Positions 55,989-64,000 of a stretch of DNA of 64,000 bases are shown piece by piece. Position 1 is the stretch's first letter. Every line of letters starts with the position of its first letter. The notes beneath the pieces are model-generated. The model was not told where the DNA came from. It saw nothing but the letters and a program-made list of their open reading frames with translations, and did not search any database. This DNA is from an uncultured Nitrososphaerales archaeon (GTDB lineage: Archaea > Thermoproteota > Nitrososphaeria > Nitrososphaerales > Nitrososphaeraceae): assembly GCA_963713605.1 (NCBI GenBank), contig CAVQMO010000003.1, positions 160,001 to 224,000 on the forward strand. Reading direction: 5' to 3'. The translations under genes and the position numbers were made by a program.

Positions 55989-56429
55989 TTACGAAGAGCT
56001 CCTTTCTATTAAAATAGTGGTCCCTTTGATGACATTTGTATAAGCCTTGAAATCTAACCGATATGTATAACCGGTCATACCGACTCTAGCTATCTCTTCC
56101 CCTGCTCTGATATGCTGACCAACTTTCACCATTGAACTATTGTAGCCTAAATGATCGTATCTTGAGTATTCTCCATTTGAGTGCATAATTACTATGAAGT
56201 TTGTATAACCCCAAAAAGCTGGATTAGATCCCCCAGTATTAGAGTCATGTTTAACAAAAGTCACTATCCCGTCAGCTGCAGCAAGAACAGGTGCCTCTTT
56301 GTCAGCTATAAAATCAATTGCGTTTCGAAGGTTGCCTTGGTGAGCAGGCGATGAACTTCTATCGATACGCTGTAACTGATCTCTCGGTACCGGTAGTTTA
56401 TATCTATTAATAGCACTTTTACTCATCAT
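55989..56429 (-). pseudogene. M23 family metallopeptidase, C-terminally truncated
   Basis: AHQGNLRNAIDF, VLAAADGIV, YDHL and IARVGMTGYT; the final HLH zinc motif is absent. Confidence 0.75.
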
Positions 56430-56518
56430 AGTTTTTGTTTCTTATTGTGAAAATATAGAGACCTAATTTATCTCAATAAGTCATATCCACAATTAGCCAA
56501 TATCCACACTAGTTATAG

Positions 56519-57088
56519 CTATGGTGGAAGCGTTGAATTAGATACTATCACTAAGGCTGGATTCGATGCTGCCGAATGATATAGACCACTTCCATTGAAC
56601 ACCGCAGTAACAGATGTTATACCCTCCATACTGGGCGCATTTGCCGTAGTACTAAACTTTCCAGTAGCATCAGTATTTTGGTTATCTATTGGTTCTAATG
56701 AGAAAGGTGGTATTTCTTCAGAAGCAGATTCATATAAGAAAGACACAGATGAACTGGGTACTGGTTGGAGAGTTATTTTATCAACCAAAATACCTGTAAT
56801 ATTAAATTTCTCATTGGGTTCCACCATTGGCCAAGGTTGGATTGTAAGGGTCGAAAACTCAGGTGCATGTTTTACCTTGAGATCAGCTGTTGCATTTCCA
56901 AATGAAGTACTGTTCTTGAGAAATTTTGATTGTGATATATTAGATTGATCTTGTGTCTGTGTTTGGTTTTGAGTTTCATTTTGTGCCCTAGAAAAGTCAA
57001 TTCCATTACTAGTGTATGACATAATTACAAAAGACAGGCCTAGGGAAACAGATATCCATAACACTATCTGGATGGTATTTCTCATCAA
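56519..57088 (-). CDS. Secreted hypothetical protein with an Ig-like C-terminal domain
   Basis: Signal/TM helix, Q/T-rich linker and ITGILVD...TDATGKF...VTAVFNG. Confidence 0.7.
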   Translation of the reverse strand: MMRNTIQIVLWISVSLGLSFVIMSYTSNGIDFSRAQNETQNQTQTQDQSNISQSKFLKNSTSFGNATADLKVKHAPEFSTLTIQPWPMVEPNEKFNITGILVDKITLQPVPSSSVSFLYESASEEIPPFSLEPIDNQNTDATGKFSTTANAPSMEGITSVTAVFNGSGLYHSAASNPALVIVSNSTLPP

Positions 57089-57232
57089 CCGTTTTCTAAT
57101 GTTACATACTATTTAGCCATTGTAATTGTAATCTAATTTCATGCCAAATAAATATAACAACTTCTCTGATACTAATGGATGAAAACAACATCTAATCAGG
57201 TTAAATACTTTGTTGAACAGCTCTAAACGAGA

Positions 57233-57397
57233 ATGGTTCTCGGAACTCTAGTGTACATAATTATTATCATTGTCGTTATTATTGTTATTATAGCTCTACT
57301 CAAATTTCTATTCCAGTTATTCTTTGTAATACCTGTTGGAACAGAATATGCTGCCGATCTTCTGTATGCTAAAGAGATTTTATTGCCGATGAACTAG
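57233..57397 (+). CDS. 54-aa single-TM membrane microprotein
   Basis: MVLGTLVYIIIIIVVIIVIIALLKFLFQLFFVIPVGTEYAADLLYAKEILLPMN*, with a TTAAATA box at 57201-07, about 26 nt upstream. Confidence 0.7.
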   Translation: MVLGTLVYIIIIIVVIIVIIALLKFLFQLFFVIPVGTEYAADLLYAKEILLPMN

Positions 57398-57466
57398 ATA
57401 ATATAATATTGAGTTTAATAGCGTAGTATTTGTGATAATAGTGTCTCGGACTAGAAGCTGAAGTTA

Positions 57467-58012
57467 TTACTGCCAGATTTTTACAATAACAGCATTCTCT
57501 GTAACATCGCAAGATGATTTTGTTTCAAATGCTACTTCCAACAGATATCTAGAGATCTCTTTAATTAGATACGAATACTTCCGTCCCATGTCATGCTCAA
57601 TAATAATTTTATAGATACCCCCAATGACTTCAACTCTGTGTGACATCTGTGCTATTCTTAACCATGTTTCTGCAATCTCTGAGATTGATGCAATATTAAA
57701 CCCTCCCCGTAGAAATAAACATACATCTACAAGATCATTCTTTGCCGTCTCCATGGCTAGCTCATTTAATTCATCATTTGTGAGTTCGTTAAGCAATCTA
57801 ATTAAAAATGATTTTGGCAGATAGTATAACTTGGCATGTGCTGCCATACTATGCCAATCAAGGTATGATTTGATTATCTGGTTAACAAGTGTATTTGGAG
57901 AAATATTTCTAGTATTGGCTGCTTTACGCAGTTGCTCTAATTTTTCTTTTGATAATCGAAATGTGACGCATTTTGTAGTTGACGGCTTAGTTGATGCTGT
58001 GGCCTGCTTCAA
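57467..58012 (-). CDS. Ribbon-helix-helix domain putative regulator (thaumarchaeal family)
   Basis: VTFRLSKEKLEQLRKAA...ISPNTLVNQIIKSYLDW and a C-terminal IIEHDMGRKYS domain. Confidence 0.8.
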   Translation of the reverse strand: MKQATASTKPSTTKCVTFRLSKEKLEQLRKAANTRNISPNTLVNQIIKSYLDWHSMAAHAKLYYLPKSFLIRLLNELTNDELNELAMETAKNDLVDVCLFLRGGFNIASISEIAETWLRIAQMSHRVEVIGGIYKIIIEHDMGRKYSYLIKEISRYLLEVAFETKSSCDVTENAVIVKIWQ

Positions 58013-58172
58013 CTTCGGCTTGGAGAATTAATTTGCCCTAATAAAAACATTACTTCAAAAAACAAATAATTAATTATTCTATGCAAATTCATATAAATGC
58101 ATACTTAGCCGGTCGAATTGACGTAAGAGCCAATTATTATATAGTTTAATGGACAATTTTCACTGATACACC

Positions 58173-58436
58173 ATGAAATGCGAAATCATCAATATTGGTG
58201 ATCGATTGGGAAAGTATTATATGTTTTACAATGCTCCAGCTTTATTATCAAATCACAACAGAGACAGAGAATTTGGAACAGTGATCGCAGAAGCCAAGAC
58301 TAAACTAATAGTAGTTGATGACGAAATTATCCGAGAGCACGTATACTTAATCCCCAAGACAAAAGTGGATCATTGCAGTGAAAAGCAAGTGTATTTTAAT
58401 ATTCCAGAGAATTCTCTGAATGAATTTGAGATTTAA
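58173..58436 (+). CDS. Small PRC-barrel-like protein (gene A copy 1)
   Basis: REFGTVIAE...HVYLIPKTKVD...QVYFNIPENSLNEFEI; paralogs at 61596 and 62457. Confidence 0.75.
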   Translation: MKCEIINIGDRLGKYYMFYNAPALLSNHNRDREFGTVIAEAKTKLIVVDDEIIREHVYLIPKTKVDHCSEKQVYFNIPENSLNEFEI

Positions 58437-58475
58437 TTGGTAGACAGGTATACATGATGTAAAGAATGGTGCAAT

Positions 58476-58682
58476 ATCTGTTTTCAATAAGATGAAAAAC
58501 ACAATCTAGTCATCGGCTACTGATTAATCTGATCATAGTTGGTGGTTGTTTGGGGGGGCCACCAACTTGATCGCTCATGGGGTTGAGGTTGGATACTACC
58601 ATTTAATAATAAGCAACAATGAATAAAAGTATTATAACTAGCTCTAGCTTTAGTAAGTTTAGTGGACTTTGCTGAGCTACAG
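58476..58682. repeat. 207-bp direct repeat, copy 1 (hairpin-containing)
   Basis: Identical to 60878..61084 by direct reading. Confidence 0.92.
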
Positions 58683-58784
58683 CAAATGTAGTTTCATTGA
58701 GAGCAAGATGTAGAATCATAACTGAAATTACCACTATAAAGTAATTATTCAAGCGCACCTAAACTATATGATTGATCTTAATCA

Positions 58785-59106
58785 TCAAGCTCTGCTACTG
58801 CCAATTCTGTCAAGGTAATCAGCAATCTCATCAAACGACCAACCCGAGTCGTTCAATTTAATTATGAAAAATTCGTCACTTAGACCAGTTTTTGCTAAGG
58901 TGGGTAAAGAGGCCTTTATACTCATAGTCATATTAGAATCATGAATGCCATCCCAGCCAAAATATGACCAAATGACACCCATTGCGCATCTACCGTCGTG
59001 TTCATCAGAATATCGTTCTGTAATCTGCCTAAATTGCTTACCATAGGTACGCAGAATCTGGGAAACAGTTAGCTCTTGTGTTAACAGTTGCTGTCTGCTG
59101 ACTCAT
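58785..59106 (-). CDS. Hypothetical protein (gene B copy 1); conserved frame extends upstream of the annotated ATG 58982
   Basis: ...LLTQELTVSQILRTYGKQFRQITERYSDEHDGRCAMGVIWSYFGWDG...LNDSGWSFDEIADYLD. ATG 59106 is in a different frame and CTG 59087 is in frame. Confidence 0.75.
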
Positions 59107-59133
59107 ATTGTACCAATATCATAATCAACAATC

Positions 59134-59141
59134 TATTTAGA
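59134..59141 (-). promoter_or_regulatory. Putative TATA box of gene B1
   Basis: TCTAAATA, conserved with its downstream flank in copy 2 (62366..62373), 26-28 nt before the ATG. Confidence 0.5.
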
Positions 59142-59271
59142 ACCTGCAACAATAGCTAACTAATATTGCGGAAAATCAGAATTATTGATCTAGCAAGCTA
59201 TTATAATGATAAACTGCACTCATCAAATAATTAAAAAGGGGATTGACAGTTTCATCCATTAAAGCGGTTGT

Positions 59272-59478
59272 TTATTTAGTTCTTGTTAGAATTGCCGAAG
59301 ATTTTTTTGTTCCGCGCGCGGCTAACGGTACGCTTTGTTGGGTACTAATGGGCCACCAGCAGATCATACCCAGGCATTTGCCACATACAATCTTTATTCT
59401 TGAACTATTTAGAATAAATTCTATCGCGTCAAAACTGGGCTTGCCCGAATTACAAACACATTCTTTAGACCATTCCAT
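59272..59478 (-). CDS. Small Cys-rich (zinc-ribbon-like) protein
   Basis: ECVCNSG...IVCGKCLGMICWW. Confidence 0.55.
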   Translation of the reverse strand: MEWSKECVCNSGKPSFDAIEFILNSSRIKIVCGKCLGMICWWPISTQQSVPLAARGTKKSSAILTRTK

Positions 59479-59903
59479 TTTCTTCTACTTGCTAAATATA
59501 GACAAACATGCCATATTACTATTATGTAATCTTTCTGAACTATTAATGGAGTATGGAAAGATTACCTCTAGTTAGCCGTGGCTATATTTGTATAGAAAAT
59601 AGCGGAGAGGTTTTAGAAAATTACTCTCGCATCGATTATCCCGGTCACAATAGATTCTTCTCACTTACATGATACATCTCAGCGGCATGATCAAATGATT
59701 TAATGGGAGAGTAAAGACGGTATCTAGACATAGATGTTATGAGAATAGAAATAGCGATGTTGGCGTTGGTGTTATTGTTCGGATTGAATCAAACTAATTC
59801 TACAGAGCAATGTCCAGAGAACTACTATGATAATGGTTTTAGTGATTTATTAGATCGTGGTTGGTGTGATTATTTGAAAAAAAATGGGTTCGACTAACTA
59901 TGG

Positions 59904-60227
59904 TTAGTCTCGATTTTTCTTGTGGTGTTTTTTGTGCTTCTTGTCATTCTCGTCATTATCATGCTTCTTGTCTTTGTGATCATGATCATCATCACTAGCA
60001 GCTGCAGCTGCAGCTGATGCTCCACCTGCTGCCGCTGCGGCTGCTGCACCATCGTCACTCGCTGCCGCTGCCGCTGCCGAATTACCAGCTGCTGCCGCTG
60101 CTGCTGCTGCTGAACTACCAGCTGCTGTCGCTGCCGCTGCTGCTGCTGGCTGGGCTGACAGCACACTCGGTGCTAAGAAGACGGCTATTACTGCTACCGC
60201 TACCGCTGCGAATATAGTTTTATTCAT
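59904..60227 (-). CDS. Secreted poly-alanine repeat protein with a His/Lys/Asp-rich tail
   Basis: Signal peptide MNKTIFAAVAVAVIAVFLAPSVLSA, five Ala-rich blocks and the tail DDDHDHKDKKHDNDENDKKHKKHHKKNRD. Confidence 0.8.
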   Translation of the reverse strand: MNKTIFAAVAVAVIAVFLAPSVLSAQPAAAAAATAAGSSAAAAAAAAGNSAAAAAASDDGAAAAAAAGGASAAAAAASDDDHDHKDKKHDNDENDKKHKKHHKKNRD

Positions 60228-60566
60228 AAGTACATTATTCTATGCGAATGATTTATACATACTTTAGTGATGTATGTACTATAACTATCACAAGAATAAT
60301 GAGCCGTACTATGACTATCGTCTTCGCATCGGCCAGCCATCTATTTTAAGTGCATCCATGGCAGAAAGCTATTTAAGTATGGCAAGCTGCGATGGCGAAG
60401 TTTAATGGCCAATGATCGATATCTGTTTGGCCTTCGATTCGGACGACATACCGTGTTGACAATGTTAACAATATGATATCCATAGATAATGAAAAATTCT
60501 AAGATCTAAGATACAAGAATTAAAAAAGAAAAAAGATCTTTATGTTATGCAAGTGATAAGAAGTCT

Positions 60567-60712
60567 CTATGAATGACTAATCAAATTGATGGCACAGTAT
60601 TTGTGGTAGCAGTGTCTTGGACGTCCGCTGCTTACAACTGCATGATCACGTGTAATGCGTCCATGCATGATATACATAGTCCATTCTGCTTAACTGTAAC
60701 TCTGAATTCCAC
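60567..60712 (-). pseudogene. Frameshifted small zinc-binding protein
   Basis: VEFRVTVKQNGLCISC, then (+1) GRITRDHAVVSSGRPRHCYHKYCAINLISHS* (CxxC...HxxC). Confidence 0.45.
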
Positions 60713-60877
60713 CCGAAGTATTGGTTGTTGATACTTTCAGCCCATATTCGTAAAATATAACAAAAAGGTGGATAGGCCAGTAGTGTTGCCGATAGATATG
60801 TACCTGACCTACCACCATACTGAGTGATTTACTTGTATGGCCCAAATGACCAATTAACGTGTAAAGAATAGTGTAAC

Positions 60878-61084
60878 ATCTGTTTTCAATAAGATGAAAA
60901 ACACAATCTAGTCATCGGCTACTGATTAATCTGATCATAGTTGGTGGTTGTTTGGGGGGGCCACCAACTTGATCGCTCATGGGGTTGAGGTTGGATACTA
61001 CCATTTAATAATAAGCAACAATGAATAAAAGTATTATAACTAGCTCTAGCTTTAGTAAGTTTAGTGGACTTTGCTGAGCTACAG
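60878..61084. repeat. 207-bp direct repeat, copy 2
   Basis: Identical to 58476..58682. Confidence 0.92.
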
Positions 61085-61129
61085 ATGAATGAAATCTAGA
61101 GAAAATAAAAAAAATGGAAAAAGATTAAG

Positions 61130-61267
61130 CTAGTGCCCACAACCACAGCCGCTGTGTTGATGCTGTTCTCTATTTGCAGAACATGATGGACATAGAGTTG
61201 TCGTAGTACTTTCGGCTACAAATGTTGTTCCACATGAGCTACATGTTGCTTTTTGAATTTCTTGCAT
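61130..61267 (-). CDS. 45-aa Cys/His-rich zinc-ribbon microprotein
   Basis: MQEIQKATCSSCGTTFVAESTTTTLCPSCSANREQHQHSGCGCGH*, followed by T-rich terminator-like tracts. Confidence 0.75.
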   Translation of the reverse strand: MQEIQKATCSSCGTTFVAESTTTTLCPSCSANREQHQHSGCGCGH

Positions 61268-61595
61268 GTTACAAGTCGTTTTCATCACAGTTATTAAAGT
61301 CTTCGTGAATTATAGATCAGCTTCATCTGCTATGGGAGTATTGAGTGACACATCTGTCAATATGAGTGTCACGTGGTCGTCATAGATTTTTATTTATTTG
61401 TGATACGGTAATACAATATTCTTATCGAACTTCTGCTAACACATCATAATTCCGAAATATTTAGTCATAAATGTTAATTTATTGATATTTCTTATGTATT
61501 ATGGATTAATACTATCTAATCTACATCATAAATCGGTGTATGAATTTGAAATAAAGCAATATAATGATTATATACTTTTATGAATAACTTTTAGA

Positions 61596-61874
61596 ATGAG
61601 AGACACAGATAGCGAAGATGATTTATTAGTAAAGTATTATGCATCTTACAGAGCTTCTGCTATCATAAATTATAATGAAATTAGCAAAAATATCATTCAA
61701 GGTAGAGACATTGGTAGAGTGTTTGCGGAATACAAAGATAAACTGGTTGTAATGGATGATGAGAACAAAAAAGAACACGTATATTTAATTCCCTAGACAA
61801 AAGTACATCGTTATGGTGATAATCAAGTTTACCTTGATATGTCGGATAATTCTTTGAAAGAATTTGAGATATAA
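61596..61874 (+). pseudogene. Gene A copy 2 with a premature stop
   Basis: HVYLIP*(TAG 61794-96)TKVHRYGDNQVYLDMSDNSLKEFEI*. Confidence 0.8.
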
Positions 61875-62024
61875 ATCATAATTAACACTGTCGCAATAAT
61901 AATACATTTAGATTCATAGTGGTGGACTGCTGGCATACAGCAGCCGTAGTCTCATAGAGCATAAAATAATCATAACTGAAACTAATATAATGAAATAATT
62001 ATTCAATATGACCGATCTGAACCA

Positions 62025-62340
62025 TCAAACATTGTTATTGCTGATTCTGTCTAGGTAATCGGCCATTTCATCAAACGTCATACCAGAATCATTCAGATCA
62101 ATCATGAAAAAATCATCATGAAGGCCAGTTTTTGCTAAGGCGGCTTGTACACTCATAGTTATATCAGAATCAGGGTTACCATCCCAGCCGAAATAAGACA
62201 AGACCACACCCATTGCGCATCTACCATTAAGTCCATCAGAATATCGTTCTGTGATTTGTCTAAACTGCTTACCATATGTCCGCAGAATTTGCGAAACAGT
62301 AAGATTTTTTATTAACAGCTGCTGCTGCCTGTTGAATCAT
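62025..62340 (-). CDS. Hypothetical protein (gene B copy 2)
   Basis: ...QQQLLIKNLTVSQILRTYGKQFRQITERYSDGLNGRCAMGVVLSYFGWDG...LNDSGMTFDEMADYLD. ATG 62340 is out of frame and CTG 62318 is in frame. Confidence 0.75.
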
Positions 62341-62456
62341 CATACTCATTTCACAATCAACAAGCTATTTAGAAAGTATAACAGAAGTCAAAGATAACAT
62401 AGTTTCCAAACATTCCGCCCTGAATCATTATATAGTATTATGCTCATTTTTTTAAG

Positions 62457-62723
62457 ATGAAAAATTGCGAAGCAAATCAAATGAATTATTCGCTTGAAAG
62501 CTATTACGCATCTCGCCGAGCTCCCGCTATTGTAAATAACAATGGCAGTGATAGAGAGATCGGTAGAGTTTTTGCAGAATATAAAGATAGGCTACTTGTA
62601 ATTAAAGGTGAAAATAAAAAAGAGCATGAATATTTAATTCCCAAGTCACGAATAGACCGTTTTGGTGACAATCAAGTTTATTTCAATGTAACAGTGAATT
62701 CTTTGAAAGAATTTGAGTTCTAA
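62457..62723 (+). CDS. Small PRC-barrel-like protein (gene A copy 3)
   Basis: REIGRVFAEYKDRLLVI...HEYLIPKSRIDRFGDNQVYFNVTVNSLKEFEF. Confidence 0.75.
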   Translation: MKNCEANQMNYSLESYYASRRAPAIVNNNGSDREIGRVFAEYKDRLLVIKGENKKEHEYLIPKSRIDRFGDNQVYFNVTVNSLKEFEF

Positions 62724-62726
62724 ATT

Positions 62727-62940
62727 CTAATAATAATTATTGTTGTCTTTCGTTTGCATAACACCTTGTGCCGCTTCAACAATTAACTTACCAACATATG
62801 GATCAATATGTAATATTTCTGACACTTCTCGATAGACTAGTCCGATTACCGATTCAATCAACATCTATCAATAGCTGCTTTAGCCCATCTGCAATATCTA
62901 ACTCTTGAACCCAATCATTGACCGTAGAATGGGTTTTCAT
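62727..62940 (-). pseudogene. Decayed small helical protein gene
   Basis: MKTHSTVNDWVQELDIADGLK, then frameshifts to QLLID and ESVIGLVYREVSEILHIDPYVGKLIVEAAQ. Confidence 0.45.
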
Positions 62941-63238
62941 AAGAAAGTTAGCAGTGTGTAATATTTAACCATTTGTAGTAAATTTTCGACAATAAATGCT
63001 TAAAAGACAACCTTGATTTTTCTAAGACTAAGACTCTTTAGGTCGAAATCACACTCTATGTTATAATGTATTATACAGTGAAATTCCGGTATAATGGGCG
63101 GACTTAGCACCTTTGATTGGTATTCAGATCCACAGTGCTTGTACGTAACCATTTTTGGCAATGCTCTGACCATTTGGTTGTATATTCATTATTTGTCGTA
63201 AAGCATTATATCAAAAGAAGGTATAGTATTAACAAAAA

Positions 63239-63949
63239 ATGAGACATTTTATCCCACTGGTTGCAGTGAGTGGCTTGATTCTGTTTATGATCTTTATAGA
63301 TTTATCTCCATATCTGACTCAACAATTCTCAGCATACAGCCAGATTTATTTTGACTTTGGCGGGAATTCATCTGAAGTAAGCTACCTGGCGTACGATAAT
63401 ATGACTGCAGGCATAAGAGTCAAGTACCCGTCCAATTGGGCCACACTTGAAAATTTGGGAAATATATCTGGTAACAGCATAATAGCTGACTTTTATAATA
63501 CGGGGATCAACGGTACGCATGGCTATGCTGAGAACGTGAACGTCGTCGTATTAAATCAGAGCGAATATTTAGAGAGCCTTATGAAAAAGTATTTGACTGC
63601 TGGGTCTGGTTCGTTTGCTATTCAGCCAACTAGGCCGGTTGCTAATATAGAAGACGCTTCTAAAACTGCCAAATTTCTAATAGATGAAACATTAGATTCT
63701 ACTATTGCACATCTGAGGCAAACCTTTGATAACGTGACTTTGTTGCAATCTATTAACACAGTAATCTCAGGTCTGCCTGGGTATCAGATTACATATTTAG
63801 TAACTGACAATCAAACTGATATTAAGCAAACGCAAGCCTGGACTTTTAAAGATAATAAATGGTATGTTATTACCTATTCTGCTCAACCGTCAGCACAATA
63901 CAATTCAGCTACGGCCATTAATATAATTAATAGTATTATCTTAAGATAA
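63239..63949 (+). CDS. Secreted PsbP-like domain protein
   Basis: Signal/TM, YDNMTAGIRVKYPSNW, ISGLPGYQITY and WYVITYSA...IINSI. Confidence 0.8.
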   Translation: MRHFIPLVAVSGLILFMIFIDLSPYLTQQFSAYSQIYFDFGGNSSEVSYLAYDNMTAGIRVKYPSNWATLENLGNISGNSIIADFYNTGINGTHGYAENVNVVVLNQSEYLESLMKKYLTAGSGSFAIQPTRPVANIEDASKTAKFLIDETLDSTIAHLRQTFDNVTLLQSINTVISGLPGYQITYLVTDNQTDIKQTQAWTFKDNKWYVITYSAQPSAQYNSATAINIINSIILR

Positions 63950-64000
63950 GTCGGCGATGATACCTCTGTTAACCGTCAACGAGTGAAACCAGTAAATAAA

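Noticed and set aside
58500..58600. Hammerhead ribozyme or C/D box sRNA within the 207-bp repeat
   Set aside because: CTGA motifs are present, but there is no CUGANGA/GAAA core and no proper RUGAUGA box C.
58476..58682. The 207-bp repeat as a MITE/IS element
   Set aside because: No terminal inverted repeats, target-site duplication or transposase in the window. Its 3' end is homologous to the ancestral A-B spacer.
59894..60217. Poly-Gln (59894..60166) and poly-Leu (60017..60217) ORFs
   Set aside because: These are alternative frames of the GCN-rich poly-Ala gene, which has the proper signal peptide and start.
61794..61796. Amber read-through (pyrrolysine) in gene A2, and at 54223-25
   Set aside because: For A2, paralogs have AAG at this position, so it is a single substitution. 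No pyl genes are present in the window. Simple nonsense mutation or error is more parsimonious for both sites.
1..64000. tRNA/rRNA genes and the many short antisense ORFs in the track (e.g. 2397, 8322, 10168, 14615, 23146, 48211, 56595, 59243)
   Set aside because: I found no cloverleaf/T-loop or rRNA-like sequence by eye (tRNAscan-SE would be decisive). The short ORFs lie antisense to better-supported genes.

Overview
AT-rich, gene-fragment-rich accessory region of an archaeon. It most likely belongs to a soil-type ammonia-oxidising Nitrososphaeraceae (Thaumarchaeota) genome. That is inferred from the TATA-box promoters, TTG/GTG starts, a secreted Cam-type gamma carbonic anhydrase, a cupredoxin, Asp-box, TPR and PsbP-like exported proteins, many Cys-rich microproteins and thaumarchaeal-type integrase remnants. 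I saw no rRNA, tRNA or CRISPR array. Intact or near-intact genes include a membrane + C2H2-zinc-finger + NDH-2 fusion, a cytochrome P450, an MFS transporter, a Zn/Mn ABC permease and ATPase, an orphan sugar-binding protein, an AlgG-like beta-helix protein, GNATs, an amidohydrolase, an SQR-like flavoprotein, a radical SAM enzyme, DoxX and a bacterial-like DUF4256. About a dozen genes are split by single +1 frameshifts, which may be sequencing errors, and many intergenic spaces hold decayed gene fragments. The most intriguing part is 57.4-62.9 kb. It is a regulator-flanked cluster with three copies of a small PRC-barrel-like gene (A) and two copies of an unknown gene (B). The conserved N-terminal frame of gene B has no canonical start and lies +1 to a promoter-proximal ATG in both copies, suggesting recoding or a CUG start. 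The cluster also has an exact 207-bp non-coding direct repeat with a strong hairpin, a secreted poly-Ala/His-tail protein and Cys/His metal-binding microproteins.
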